From Cyanophora paradoxa CCMP329 (lineage: Eukaryota > Plantae > Glaucophyta): a stretch of DNA of 35,753 bases. Each line of letters opens with the position of its first letter. Position 1 is the first letter of the stretch. The notes under the pieces are model-generated. The model was not told the DNA's origin. It worked only from the letters and a program-made list of their open reading frames with translations, and searched no databases. Where the stretch lies: NCBI GenBank assembly GCA_004431415.1, contig QPMI01000378.1, forward strand, positions 1 to 35,753, in the 5' to 3' direction. Of the stretch, positions 11,401 to 23,072 are shown piece by piece. A program made the position numbers and the translations under genes.

Positions 11401-13066
11401 CGGTGCGGTAGGGCGGGGCGGGCCGGCACCGGGGCCGCGGGGCGGGCGGGTGGAGGGGAGGGCGACGGCGGAGAGGACGGCGGGAGGGTGAAGGCGGGGC
11501 GGGCCCCGAGCGCCCCGCCCCGCCCTCCAGGCCTCCTCCTCGACCCCGGCGGCGGCCCCGGCGGGGCCGTCTCGACGGCGAAGGCGGCGAGGGTGCCGGG
11601 GGCGGGGCGGCCTCGGCGGGGAGGAGGAGGCAGAGGAGGGGCGAGGCGTCCCACTCGGTGGCGCGGAAGACGGCGGAGGCGGGCCGTGCGCGCCCGGCGA
11701 GGCGGCGAGGCGCTCGAGGAAGACCTCCGGCTCAATCTCCGCGAGCTCCGCGGGCCCCGCCTCCAGGCCCCGCGCCAGCGTCGCGCTCGCCTGCGGGGCG
11801 GCGGCGAGCTCGCCCGGCCCCGCCGGCGTCGCCTGCAGCGAGGGCGAGAGCGCCGGCGAGGCGAGGGCGTGCGAGGGGTGCCCCCGCGGCGGAGGTGCGC
11901 TTGCGGGCGGCGGCGAGGGCGGACTCGGGGGGCGGGAGGGAGCCGTCGGGCCCCGGGGCGGGCCGGCGTCGGGACGGCGGGCGCGGCGGAGGAGCCAGAC
12001 GGTGTGGGCGGCGGAGCGGGCGTCGAAGGAGACGAGGAGGGGAGGTCGGGAGGGCGCCCACGACGCGCATCCCGCGTCCCGCACGAACGCCGGGTCCAGC
12101 GCCGCCAGCCGCGCCGCCGCCGCCGCCCGCCGCTGCCCGCCCCGCCCCGCCCCGCCGGGGACGCCCCCTCGGGCGGGCCCATGAGCTCGTCGCCGTCCTT
12201 GCGGCGCTTCTTGCGGCGCGCCTCCGCCGTGCCCGACGAGGAGGTGGACGCCACGCTCGCCGCCGAGAAGCGCGGCTGCGCCACCGGCGTCGCGTCCAGC
12301 GGCGGCCGCCGCCCCGGCGCTGCCGAGGCCGACGCAGCGAGGGCCGCCTTGAGGTCACCGACGGGCCGCAGCTCCTCGAGTGGGTGGAGGAGGGAGAAGA
12401 GGGTGGGCGGGCACTCGCTGGGCGGCTTGCGGGCTTCCGCCGGCTCCACCGCCCGCTCCACCAGCAACCCCAGCGGCAGCGCCCACACCCGCGACGCCTT
12501 CCCCGGCAGGTGCACGCTGTGCGTCTCCCCTGCCGCCCCCAGCGTCGGCCGCCGCGCGCATCCCCGGCCCCGCACGGCGCACCCGTTGCGGTGTAGACCC
12601 GGATGTGGTCCTCAAGGAGGACGCAGAGGGAGCGGCGTGGATCGACGGGCGCGCTGCTGTCTGTGGGCGCGAAGAGGCACAGGACAACCTGCAGCACCGG
12701 CGTCGTCATCGCGAAGCTCTTGCGCACGTAGTTGCCCGCCGACCAAACGATCTGCGGACGAGTCACGGGATGCGCGGCCCTGCTACACGCGGAGCGCGCC
12801 TGGCGGCCCCGGACGTAAATCTCCTCATCGTGGTCGGGCTCGAGCGACGAGAGGCCGCCGAACAAGAAGTAGCTACCGCGCTGCCCGCGCATGGCCTCCC
12901 GCCGAGCACGATTGCTGTGAAGGCCTGGCATCGGCGCGACTTCCGGCTCATTGAGCGCGTCTGCAAGCTTCTCGGCATCGTCGCCGCTGCCATCCATGTA
13001 GACATCGCCGAACGGTTTGAAGTCACCATCCAAAAGTAAGGGCTCCCGCTCGCTGATCATGACCAT
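5472..13066 (-). CDS. APC1: Anaphase-promoting complex subunit 1
   Basis: Segments typical of APC1: FKPFG, EEIYV..IVWS, FSLLHPLEELRP, RFGADLRLREVSRLLRSS, LPVGRG, WPDFHNGAAAGL, WIVYNRP, AGLALGMVVLGRG, VNVHITSPGATLALGLMYL, VMAGSGNL, PYGSHMALHLATGLLFLAGG, DNRYHVQAARHLYALAAE, TPCLLPE. Many introns plus several 1-nt indels. Confidence 0.95.
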
Positions 13067-13413
13067 CGCGGGGCGTGTGCGGCCCCGGCTCGTGCGGGTG
13101 CGCTACAACGCCAAACCGTGAGCGTCGGACGACAGACGGGCCTCAGCAGCTGCGCATATGCGTGCCTAAAGGCCTAGGCCTAGGCCTGCAGCTCCAAACT
13201 TTTTGAAACAGTGAACCGCTGCGGCGATTTTGAAAGTACTGCAGCTGCAGCTGCGCCGAAAACCATGTGCGCACGCGCTCGAGCTCTCTCTCACATATGC
13301 ATGCGAGTCTTGTTTTATTGTATTCAGCAGAACATGCAGCTGATGCCGGCGCAATTGCCGGTGTCGGCGCCATGCAATTGCAAGCGACCGCGGGCCGCCG
13401 CCGCGCGCGGCGC

Positions 13414-15136
13414 TCAGAAAGCGAGGAGCTCGAACTCCTCCTCCGCAGCAACGAGCTGGTGGGGATCAGGCCAAGGGGCGCAGGGCGGGATCGGGGGGGC
13501 TGGGGGGGGACCTCGGCAGGGAGGGGATCGTCGGAGAGGTCGCATGCGGGGCCGGCCTCCTCGGCGAAGACGGCGAGGGTGAGGTCCGCCTCGTCGGCCT
13601 CCGCCTGCGGCTGCTCCTGCGCCCGCGCGCCCTCGAGCCCGCCGACGCGCGCGGTGACGGCGTTGAGCTGCTCCTGGAGCGCCCGCGCCGCCTCCTCCGT
13701 GTGCGCCTTGGCGGTGCTGACGGCGTCCTCGCGCGCCCAGCGCACGAGCTCGTCGAGCTTGATGGCCGACAGCATCTTCTGGATCTCCACCTCCCGCTGG
13801 TCCGTGTACTCCCGCGCCCGCTGCGCCGCACCCGACGCCTCCGACACCGCTGCACCCTTCGCCTCCTCCGCCGCCGCCTTTGCTTCCGCCGCCGCCGCGC
13901 CCGCCGCCTTGGCCTCCGCAGCGCCATTCGCGACCTCCGTACCCAGCGCCGCGATCTTCCCGTCCAGGCCTGCCGGCCCCGCCCGTCGGCGCCGCGTGCG
14001 CCGCGGGGTCCGGCGCGGGCGCACCGCCCAGGGAGGCGTCGACATGGCCGCGGAGCTCGGCCTTGGCGGCGGCGAGCTGCTCCTCCGCCGCGGCCTTCGC
14101 CTCCGCCTTCGCCGCCTCGACCGCCGCCGCCATCTCTGCGCGCCCCTCCTCACCGCCCCGCCCGCTGCGGCGCCGGTCGGCCCCCGCACCGCTCTTGGCG
14201 GCGTTGACGGAGTCGGTGAGGGCCTTGGTGATCTCGTTGAAGCGCGTGTCGAGCCCTGCCGCCCGATTGGGCCCCCGCGGGCGGCGGGCGCGGGCGGGGC
14301 GGACCGGCGACGCTCTGGTCGACGAGGGCGCGGAGCTCCTGCTTGGAGGCCTCCAGGGAGGCGGCCGACTGCGCGAGCTTCTCCTCCACGCCTGCCCGCG
14401 CCTCAGCCCAAACCGCACGGCCGGCTGCGGGGCCGGGAGCGCGCGCACCGCGGATGCCGGTCTGGAGGGCGGCGTCGAAGTCGGCCTTCACGCTCGCCTT
14501 GGCCGCCTCGAGCTCGTCGTGCGCCGCTGCCACCGCCCGCGTCACTTGCCCTGTCAGATCCGCCGTCGCCGCCCCCAGCGCCTCCTGCGCCCCTTTCGCA
14601 GCGCCCTCCGCCGCCGCCACTCCAGCCGCCTTCGCCTCCGCCACGCTAGCCGCAAGGTCTGCCGCGGAGTCGGCTGCGGGCGCGCGGGCGCTGGAGCCTT
14701 GGAGCTGCAAGCGACGCACCGCTCTTTGCGGCGTGGAGCTCAGCACTGGTCGCCGTGATCCGGGAGTCGACGTTACCAAGGTGCGTTCGAACGGCAGCGA
14801 GCTCTTGCGCGGTCATGGATGCCACATCGCTCCATGCCCCTGCCAGATTCGCGACGGCGGAGGTGCTGCGAGCAGGATCAAGCTGGATCATGCAGAGCGA
14901 AGACTGGCCGCACTCGCAGTGGTAGTCGAGCTCGAAATGGTGTAAGTCTGCATCTCGGACTGCTGAGACTGATCAACTGGCGCTGTGACAGCCGTCGGAC
15001 GTTAGGCTTCGAATACTGGCCCAGTGGCTCGGCGCGGCGAGCGGGCGTTCCACTTTAAGCATCCCCCGGGCCCTGCAGCTCATGCCGCGAGATGATGCGA
15101 CTGCAATATACCGAAATGCACACCTCCGTCCGACAT
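13414..15136 (-). CDS. Orphan Ala/Glu/Lys-rich coiled-coil protein with acidic C-terminus (start uncertain)
   Basis: Helical exons (LAASVAEAKAAG.., VEEKLAQSAASLEASKQEL.., LDTRFNEITKAL.., AREYTDQREVEIQKML..) separated by typical short introns. Last exon 13414-13455 reads LVAAEEEFELLAF*. The 5' exons (about 14700-15136) are not resolved. Confidence 0.6.
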
Positions 15137-15373
15137 CGTAGCGGTCTCCTGCGAGGAGCGCGTCCCGTCAGTGGCTAGCTAGAGGAGGACGCCCTGCAAT
15201 TTCCCGGCGTACTCGGGCTCGAAGGGATATCGATAACTGCCGCCGCCCTGGCCTCCGGTTCGCCTCCCCGCACGGCCCTTTTCCGCCTTCCACTGAAGGG
15301 GCCGCGCGCGGCTCTCCGATTCCGAAGTTCGATCCGCGATTCGGCCTCTAGGCGTTAGAGTGAGCTCAGCCGA

Positions 15374-15536
15374 AGGAGCGCTAGCTCGATGAGTAACTTA
15401 GTAACGCTTACGAATGGCACGGGCCCTCCCGGGCCCGTGACTGATCATGAGGCCCTGAGGCCTTCCAATAGCAAGCCCTCAGGCCCTCGGGCCTGAGGGC
15501 TGCAGCTGCCGCCGCCGCGGGCCGCATTCAACGATT
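15374..15536. repeat. Dispersed hairpin-rich repeat, copy A
   Basis: Colinear with 31334-31449; 15492-15536 matches 31405-31449 at 38/45 nt. Stems at 15418-15439 and 15474-15501. Confidence 0.8.
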
Positions 15537-15601
15537 CATGATTGGCATCTTCAAGGCTCGATGTGCAGGGTCAGCTCTAACTCCGGAGTTCGCAAGACGC
15601 G

Positions 15602-17426
15602 CTAAGGGGGCCGGCCGTCGGGCAGGTGGTGTGAGTGGACAGAGGGGATGGGGGCGGAGGAGGCGCGGCGGGGAGGGTTGGAGGCGTGGGGCTCGTTGGC
15701 GCCCTCGCGGCGCCGGGGCGGAGGCTCGGGGGCCTCGTTCTCGTCGTCGGGCGCCCGGCGGCCCCGCGGCGTCTCCGAGCCGTCCCTCTCCGAGGGGCTC
15801 GCGCTCGGCCCCCCCCGCTCGGGCCGCCGCTCCCCCTCGCCGGCCTCCACGTCGGCCGCGGGGCGCGAAGGCGAGCGCCCCCGCCCCCTCGGGTCGCGCG
15901 AGCGGTGGCCGGCGCCGGCGAGCGAGCCGTCGCCGTCGCCGCCGTCCGGGCGGGGGTAGAGCCGCGGGGCCCCGAAGCGGGCGCGGAGCTCCTGCGGGGG
16001 CGTGAGCGGGCGGCGCGAGGACGGCGCGGGGCTGGCGGTGCGCGCATCGAACAGGTAGGCGTGCTCCTCGTCGTCGTCGAGGGTCTCCCCGCGGGCCGCC
16101 TCGAAGCGCGCGCGGGCCTCGGGGAAGGGCAGGCCGCGGCGGGCGCACAGGTAGCTGATCACCATGAAGCCCGTACGGTTTACCCCGTGCGTGCAGTGCA
16201 CCGCCACCCACTCCCTGCCCCGCCCTCGTCGCGGGCCGGCGCGGGGGCGCCGGGGCGGGGCGGGGCTGCGGGGCGCACTCGGGCCGCTGGCTGCGGAAGC
16301 CGTCGACGAGGTCGGCGAAGCGGGCGACGAGGCGCTCGTCGGGGGCCACCCGCCCCGGGCACCGCAGCTTCTCGTACCGCAGCCCGTGCCGCTCCTGCGC
16401 CCGCCGCCCGTCGTAGTACCGGTACGTGTCTGCGCCCGCCCCTCAGGCCCCCGAAGGCCCGGGGCGGGCGGGGCGGGCGAGCCCGTCAGATCGATGAGGA
16501 GGCCGACTCTCCTGCCCAGGGCCCGCTGCGCCTCCAAGAAGCCCTCCAGCGGCAGGAACCTGTGCCCCGCCGTCGGCCGTCTAGCCCCGCCCCCGCACCC
16601 TTTCCTGCGCACTCGGACTCCCGCAGGCCCATCCTCCCTGCACAGCGCGACGTCAGATGCGCAAGGGGAGAGCCGCAGTGCGAAAAGAGCGCACGCAGGT
16701 TGGCGTCGTACTCCGGGGAGAGGGGGCACTTGAGGGGGATGATCTGGACGTCCGTGAGGGCCTCGTGCCACCGGCTGTACTTCTCCCTGCCGCCCCCTCG
16801 GCCCCCGCTTCGCGCCCCGCCACGCGGTCCCGCGGCGCGCACCAGTCTCTCGGCACCTTCTGGTCCCGCGGCGGCGGCTGCTGCTGCTGCTCCTGCTGCT
16901 CGCGGCGCTCGCGCGAGTACGCGTGGGCGCGGCGGTCCCCGTCAAGCCGCGGGGACGCGCTGTTGCGCCCCGAAGGCTCTCTGGAGGGCCAGCGCTGCTG
17001 GTAGGCATCGTGGGCGACCGGTGCGTAACGCGCTGGAGGAGGCGAGGCGGCCGGAGCCGGGAACTGGCGGCCGGAACCGGTGAGAGGCCGCGGGTGAGGT
17101 TCAAGGTTACTGACGTACGGATTGCAGGAGCGCGAGGAGCTGCAAGGATGTGGGGTCGACATTCCGCACGTCCATGTGCATCGGAGTCCGAAGCGCGGGC
17201 GCGTGCCAGGGAGCGGGTGGCGCTGGCGGCCCGGGCGCGCTCGGGCCAGCCCCGGCCCAGCCCGCCCAAGCCGGTTGCTGACTTTCCCAAACATCGTGGC
17301 CCCACTGCGAGCTCGAGCCTGCTCGAAAGGAAATCCGAGTTCAAACGCGAACGCGGAGCAGGGCGCAGCGCAGCGCGTACCGGAGCTGCCCTGCTGCGAG
17401 CCGTAAGGATGATATCGATTCGACAT
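15602..17426 (-). CDS. Cys-based RNA 5'-triphosphatase / atypical DUSP (DUSP11/PIR-1 or capping-enzyme triphosphatase-like), with no guanylyltransferase domain
   Basis: [57 protein letters not shown]. HCTHGxNRTG is the P-loop of this family. Low-complexity tail to TAG at 15602. Confidence 0.85.
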
Positions 17427-17635
17427 TGCCTGACTCACTCGACCCTCTCCACTCCACAGGTTTAGAGCTGCACCGGGCTGAAGGTATTCGGACTACAACA
17501 AGCGATTCGAGCTGCAGGGACTCTGCAGGGAACCGACAGAGCTGCAGCGGGACCCGAACAAGCGACAAGCATTGCCGTACCCCCTCCACATCGACTGCTG
17601 CGGTGCTGCGAGCGCTGCGGAACGCTGCGGAACGC
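17427..17635. promoter_or_regulatory. Short divergent intergenic region, putative bidirectional promoter
   Basis: Head-to-head ATGs at 17426(-) and 17636(+). Confidence 0.5.
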
Positions 17636-20600
17636 ATGTTTCTGAGCCGCGTCGGATTGCAGAGGCCGAGAAACCTCGCGATGGCGAGCGCTGCCGGATT
17701 GCGGCGCAATCGACTTTCGAACGAGCAAAGTCCGTACCTGCTGGCACACGCGACCAATCCCGTTGACTGGTTCCCTTGGTGAGCTGGTTCTCTTCAAAGC
17801 ATAAGATGTGATGACCGCCCTGCCCGTATGATGCGCGGATCCGGACGTACGCAGGGGCGAGGAAGCATTCGCTCTGGCCCGGCAGCGCGACTGCCCCATC
17901 TTCCTCTCGGTGCAAGACTTTTTTGGCATACGCGCCGCCCGAACTTCAGGGCCGGGGCGCGGTGGGCCGGCGCGCGCGGGCGGCGCGTCGGCGCGCGCGC
18001 GGCGGTGGGGTCGCCGAGGCGCGCTGGGCCGGAGCGGGCAGCGTGGCGGGGACGGTAGGTGACGATAAGGCGGCGCCATGCCATTAAAATTGGTGCAGGG
18101 AGGGGGGAGGGGGCGCGGCCCGACCCGGGGCGGCCGGGGCGCCGGCGCCGATCTCAAGGCGCGCTGGGTCGGGGCCGCTTCCGCTCGCTAATCTATATTT
18201 CCCCCCTTTTTCTTCTAAGAGCGGATACCATTCATGCCACTGGTATGTAATGGGAAGCTGCTCGAATGGTCTGCGACTGACCCGCGCGCATGTGTCATGT
18301 TTTCGAGCGGGAGAGCTTCGAGGACGAGCAGGTGGCACAGAGAATGAACGCGCTCTTTGTGAACATCAAGGTCCGCCGCCGTCTCTGCATCTCCCTTCTC
18401 CTCCGTCGTTGATTTGCACGGCGCAGCTGGACCGCGAGGAACGGCCTGACATCGACCGCGTCGTGCGCTGTGCACGTGCCCCGTCCGCGCGCCGCGCCGG
18501 TGCTCACGGCCCTGGCGGGCGCGGCAGTACATGTCCTTCGTGCAGGCGACGACGGGGGGCGGCGGCTGGCCGATGTCTGTCTGGCTCACGCCGGAGCTGA
18601 AGCCTTTCGTGGGGGCCACCTACTTCCCCAAAAAGCGCTTCCTCGCCGTCATGGATCGGTGCGCCTGCCAGGCCCTGGGCACGCACGCCCTGGAACGGCC
18701 TTGAGCTCGAATGTGCGCCGCCGGCAGGGTCGCGGAGATGTGGCGCACGCAGCGCGAGGAGGTCCTCGAGCAAGGGCCCGCCCCGCCCCCACGCCCCGCC
18801 CCGCCCCGCCCCCGCGGCGGCGAGCTCGAGGTGGCCACAGGGAGCAGATGCTGGCGGCGCTGAGGGCGGAGGCGGGGGCTGGGGCGGGGGGCGGGGGGGG
18901 CGGGGTGAGCGGGGCGGAGCTGGAGGGGGCCTTGGAGAAGACGTTCGCCCACTTCGAGCGCATCTACGACGAGGAGCGGGGCGGCTTCGGGGGCGCCCCC
19001 AAGTTCCCCCGCCCCGTCCTCTTCCCCTTCCTCCTCCGCTGCGCCGCCCGCGACGGGCCCGCCAGCCCCCGCGGCCGCCGCGCCCTCGCCATGCTCCTCG
19101 CCACGCTGCGGGCGATGGCCGCCGGCGGCATGCGGGACCAGCTCGCCGGCGGCTTCCACCGCTACTCCGTCGACGAGGCCCGCCCGCCGCGCCTCCCGCA
19201 CCCGCCGCGCCCCGTTCGCCGCCCCCGCCGACGCCCCTGCGCAGTTCTGGCACGTCCCGCACTTCGAGAAGATGAGCTACGACCAGTCGCAGCTCGCGGC
19301 GGTCTACCTTGATGCCTTCCTCGTCTCCCGGGACCCCCAGCTCGCCCACGGTGCACGCCCCTCCCCAACAGCCCCTCGCCCTCTCCTTACCCCGCCGGCC
19401 CCGCTCGGATTCGCGCGCCCCCCAGTGGTGGCGAGCACGCTGGAGTACGTCGCGCGGGACATGCGCTCGCCCCTCGGCGGGCGCGCCCCCTCCCTTCCCC
19501 GCCCCGCCTCGCCCCGCGCGCTGGGGTGGGCTGACGGGCGGGTCGGCAGTTTCTACAGCGCGGAAGACGCGGACAGCGCCGTCTCGCACGAGCCCGGCGC
19601 CGAGCGGCGCGAGGTGTGCCCCCTCGGCGCGCCGGGGCGGCCGCGGTGGGGAATCTGGGGGCGGATCAGGGGGCGTTCTACGTGTGGGGCGCCGGGGAGG
19701 TGCGGGAGGCGCTGCGGGGAGCCCTCCCCTCCGAGGCCGAGGCCGCCGCCGCCTTCGACGCCTTCGCCCGCGCCTACAACGTCACCGAGCGCGGTGCCCC
19801 GCCCCGCCTCCCCCGCTAGCCGGGGCGGGGCCGACGCGGGGCAGGGAACGTGCGGGCGGGGAGCGACCCGCACGGCGAGTTCATCGGCAAGAACGTCCTC
19901 GGGCGCGTCGCCTCCGACGAGCAGGCAGGCCCCCGCGCACCCCGCCCCCCGCCGCGCCTCACCCGCCCCGCCCCGCCGCAGGTCGCCGAGGCGATGGGCG
20001 GCGGCCGGACGGCCCCCGAGGCGAGCCGGCTCGGAGGCGCCCCTCCGCCTCCCGCCCTCACGGCGCCGTGCAGGTGGCGCGGCTGCTCGAGGCCTCGCGG
20101 CGGGCGCTGCTGGAGGCGCGTGCGCGGCGGCCGCGGCCGGCGCTGGACGACAAGGTCGTCTGCGCGTGGACGGGCCTCCTGGTCGGCGCGTTCGCCCGCG
20201 CCGGCGCCGCCCTCGACCGCCCCGACTTCATCGCCCGCGCCGAGGTCCGCCCCCGCCCCGCCCTCGCCTCCCCCCGCCCTGGCCGCGGCGCCTGGAGCGG
20301 GGCGGGAGGGCGCAGGAGGCGGCGGGGTTCGTGCGGGAGCGGATGACGGCGGGGGGCGACGAGCGGCGGCTGCTGCGGGCGTTCCGGGGGGAGGGCGCCT
20401 CGCCGGTGGCGGCCTTCGCGGAGGACTACGCGTGCCTCGCCTCCGGCCTGCTGGACCTCTACGAGGCCACCCTCGAGCCCCGCTGGCTCCTCTGGGCCCG
20501 CGCCCTCCAGGCTCGCCCCCCGCCCCTCCCGCCCGAAGCCCTCCCCCCCGACCGCCCCTCCGGCGCAGGCGGAGATGGATGCGCGCTTCTGGGACGCCGA

Positions 20601-21568
20601 GGGCGGCGGCTACTTCGCCGACTCGGGGAGCGACCCCTCTGTCCTCTTGCGCTTGAAAGACGGTGAACCCCGTCCTGCTGCATCCCGCGTGCCGCGCCGG
20701 CCGCTGGGGCGACGGGGTGCAGACTACGAGGGAGCGGAGCCGACGGCGAACGCGGTGGCGGCGCAGAACCTGCTGCGGATGGCGCGGCTCTTCCCGGGGC
20801 GGGGCGACTACGGGGAGCGGGCGGGGCGCACCCTCGGGGCCTTCCGCGAGCAGCTCCTCAGCAGCGGGCCCTCCCTCCCCTCCTCCCTCGCCGCCCTCGC
20901 CTCGTTCCGCCCCGCCCCGCCCCGCCCCTGCCCACCCCGGCCCCACGCCGCGCTTTCCGAAGCCGCTAGGCGGGGCGCGGGGCAGGCTGGAGCGGATGCG
21001 GGAGGGAGCGTCGCCGCTGCACGTTGTGATCGTGGGAGACCCCAAGGACGCGCGCACCCGCCGCCTTGCCCACGCCGTGCGCCCCCGCCCTGGCGCCCCC
21101 CCTCGGCCCCGGGCCGCCGTAAGGGAGGGCGGGGCGGGGCGGGGGCGGCAGGTGCTGAAGGAGCACGTGCCGGACCGGACCATGCTCTGCCTCGACGGCG
21201 GCCCCGGCCAGGACGCCCTCCTCGCATCCGCCGGCGAGATGGTGCCCGCCCCCCCGCTCCCCCGAGTTCGAGTCGGAACCCGAGTGCTGTCGCCTGGATA
21301 TCGATCTAGACCTCCATCGATCGCAAGCTCCCGGCCGCATGCGCAGCCGGAGCCGCGGCCGGCCGCATTGCCGCAGTGCGCGCGCTAGCGCTCACGCAGG
21401 GCGCGGGGGCCGTGTGCGCAGGAGGAGACGTACCGGGGCCTGACGCGGCGGGCCGACGGGGCGCCCTACGCGCAGGTATGCGAGCGGAACAGTTGCCAAC
21501 TGCCAGTGACCGACCCCGCCGCCCTCGAGGCCCTCCTGCGCCCCCGCTCCCTCCGCCTCCCCGACTGA
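17636..21568 (+). CDS. SPATA20: SPATA20/YyaL family protein (thioredoxin-like domain plus alpha/alpha toroid)
   Basis: [128 protein letters not shown]; 20 introns by my count. Confidence 0.95.
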
Positions 21569-21736
21569 TCCCGGCCCCCCGCGGCCGCCCTCGTCGTTTA
21601 CGTGCGGGGCTACGCATCCGCCCGGCCACGCGGGGGCGGAGCCGCGGCGGGGAGGGCCCCGGGCCGGGCCGGGGGAGAAGGGCGGGAGGGAGGGGGGGGG
21701 AGGGGAGGGGGGGTAGAGGAAGCAGGCAGTCGAACG

Positions 21737-23072
21737 ATGCGCGCGAGCGCTGCAGCTGGCCATATGCATGGACCGGCGTTGAGCGGCGCCGGCGAGCGGA
21801 TGCCGGCAAGAGCAGCCGCATCGGCGGCCGGCGCAGGTCCTACAGCGCGGCGCTCGAAGGGAATACTGCGCGACTTCGTCGATTGCTACACAGCCGGCGT
21901 CGCGGCGTCCCTCGCGTGCGGGCGCGCGTGGAGCATCTTCACAAAGGCGCACAAGGCGCGCCGGAGAGCGGCGCAGTGCGTCCTCTTGAACGGCATCCTG
22001 TTCCTGGGCTCAATGGCGCTCGTGGACCACCTGGTGCTCCCCATGGTGGCCCGCCTGCTCGTGAACGAGCGCCCTGGCTTCGAGAAGCTCGCGCACACGC
22101 TCAACAGGCTCCTCGAAATCATGTGCCGGGTGCGCCGCAGCTGCAGGTCATCCGAACGCATGCGCTCCGTGACCGGGCCATGCAGGTGCTCTGGCTGTAT
22201 CCCGTGTTCGCACTTAGCTTCCTCATCAGCACGTTGTGGTGCGCGCGGAGGTGCCGGGGTGCGCGGGCGCAGCGCTTGAGCGGGGCGGGCGGGGCGGGGC
22301 CAGGTACCAGGACATCGCGGAGGACGCGTACAACGCGCTGCGGCCGAACCCCGTCGCCTTCTCCCTCTCCTGGCAGCAGTGCGCCGCCCCCCGCGCCCGG
22401 CGCGGCTCCAGGCTTGACGAGGCGAGAAGGGTGGTCTGGATGCTGGCCTCGCAGGTCTTCCGGCTCCTCGTCGTGCTCATCTTCCTGCTCGAGTCGACCG
22501 TCGTGTACTTCGTGCCCGTCGTGGGCGCCCCCTTGAGCTTCGCCCTCACCGCCTGGCTCTACTCGTCCGCTCCCCCTCGCCCCTCTGAGAACCGTGCGCT
22601 CGAAGCGTGGCGCTGAGCGGCGCCCGCAGGTTCTACGCGTTCGAATACAAGTGGGCAGCCCAGCGCTGGGGCGTCGAGCGCCGCCTCGAATTCTTCGAGC
22701 GTCGCTGGGCCTACTTCATTGGCTTCGGTTTGTGGGGCGGGGCGGGGCGGGGCGGGGCGGGGGTGCGAGGCGGGGCGGGGCAGGGACGGCGTGCACGGGG
22801 GCGACGTTCTACGCGTCGGTGCTGGTGAGCTCGGGCCTCTACGCGACTCTCTTCCCCCTCTTCATCGTCCTCGCCCTCGACGCCCGCCCCGAGGAGGCCG
22901 AGCCGCCCCCCGACAGCCCCCTCCCCCGCCACCTCCCCATCTTCGGCCTCTCCAGGTCCACCGCCCCCGCATCCCGCCCCGCCCCCCAGCAGTTCGAGCC
23001 GCCCCCAGGTGGCTCACCGACTTCCTCTTGCGACGCCTCCCGGACCCCGCCGCCCCCGCCAGGGCCCGCTAG
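21737..23072 (+). CDS. EI24: EI24/PIG8 family membrane protein (start at 21737, 21764 or 21800)
   Basis: QCVLLNGILFLGS, LWLYPVFALSFLISTLWYQDIA, YAFEYKW, RLEFFERRWAYFIGFG, LFPLFIVLA, LPIF motifs; TAG at 23070-23072. Confidence 0.9.

Noticed and set aside
18243-18291. U12 (minor spliceosome) explanation for the odd acceptor
   Set aside because: The donor GTATGTAA lacks the U12 RTATCCTT consensus and there is no TCCTTAAC branch site.
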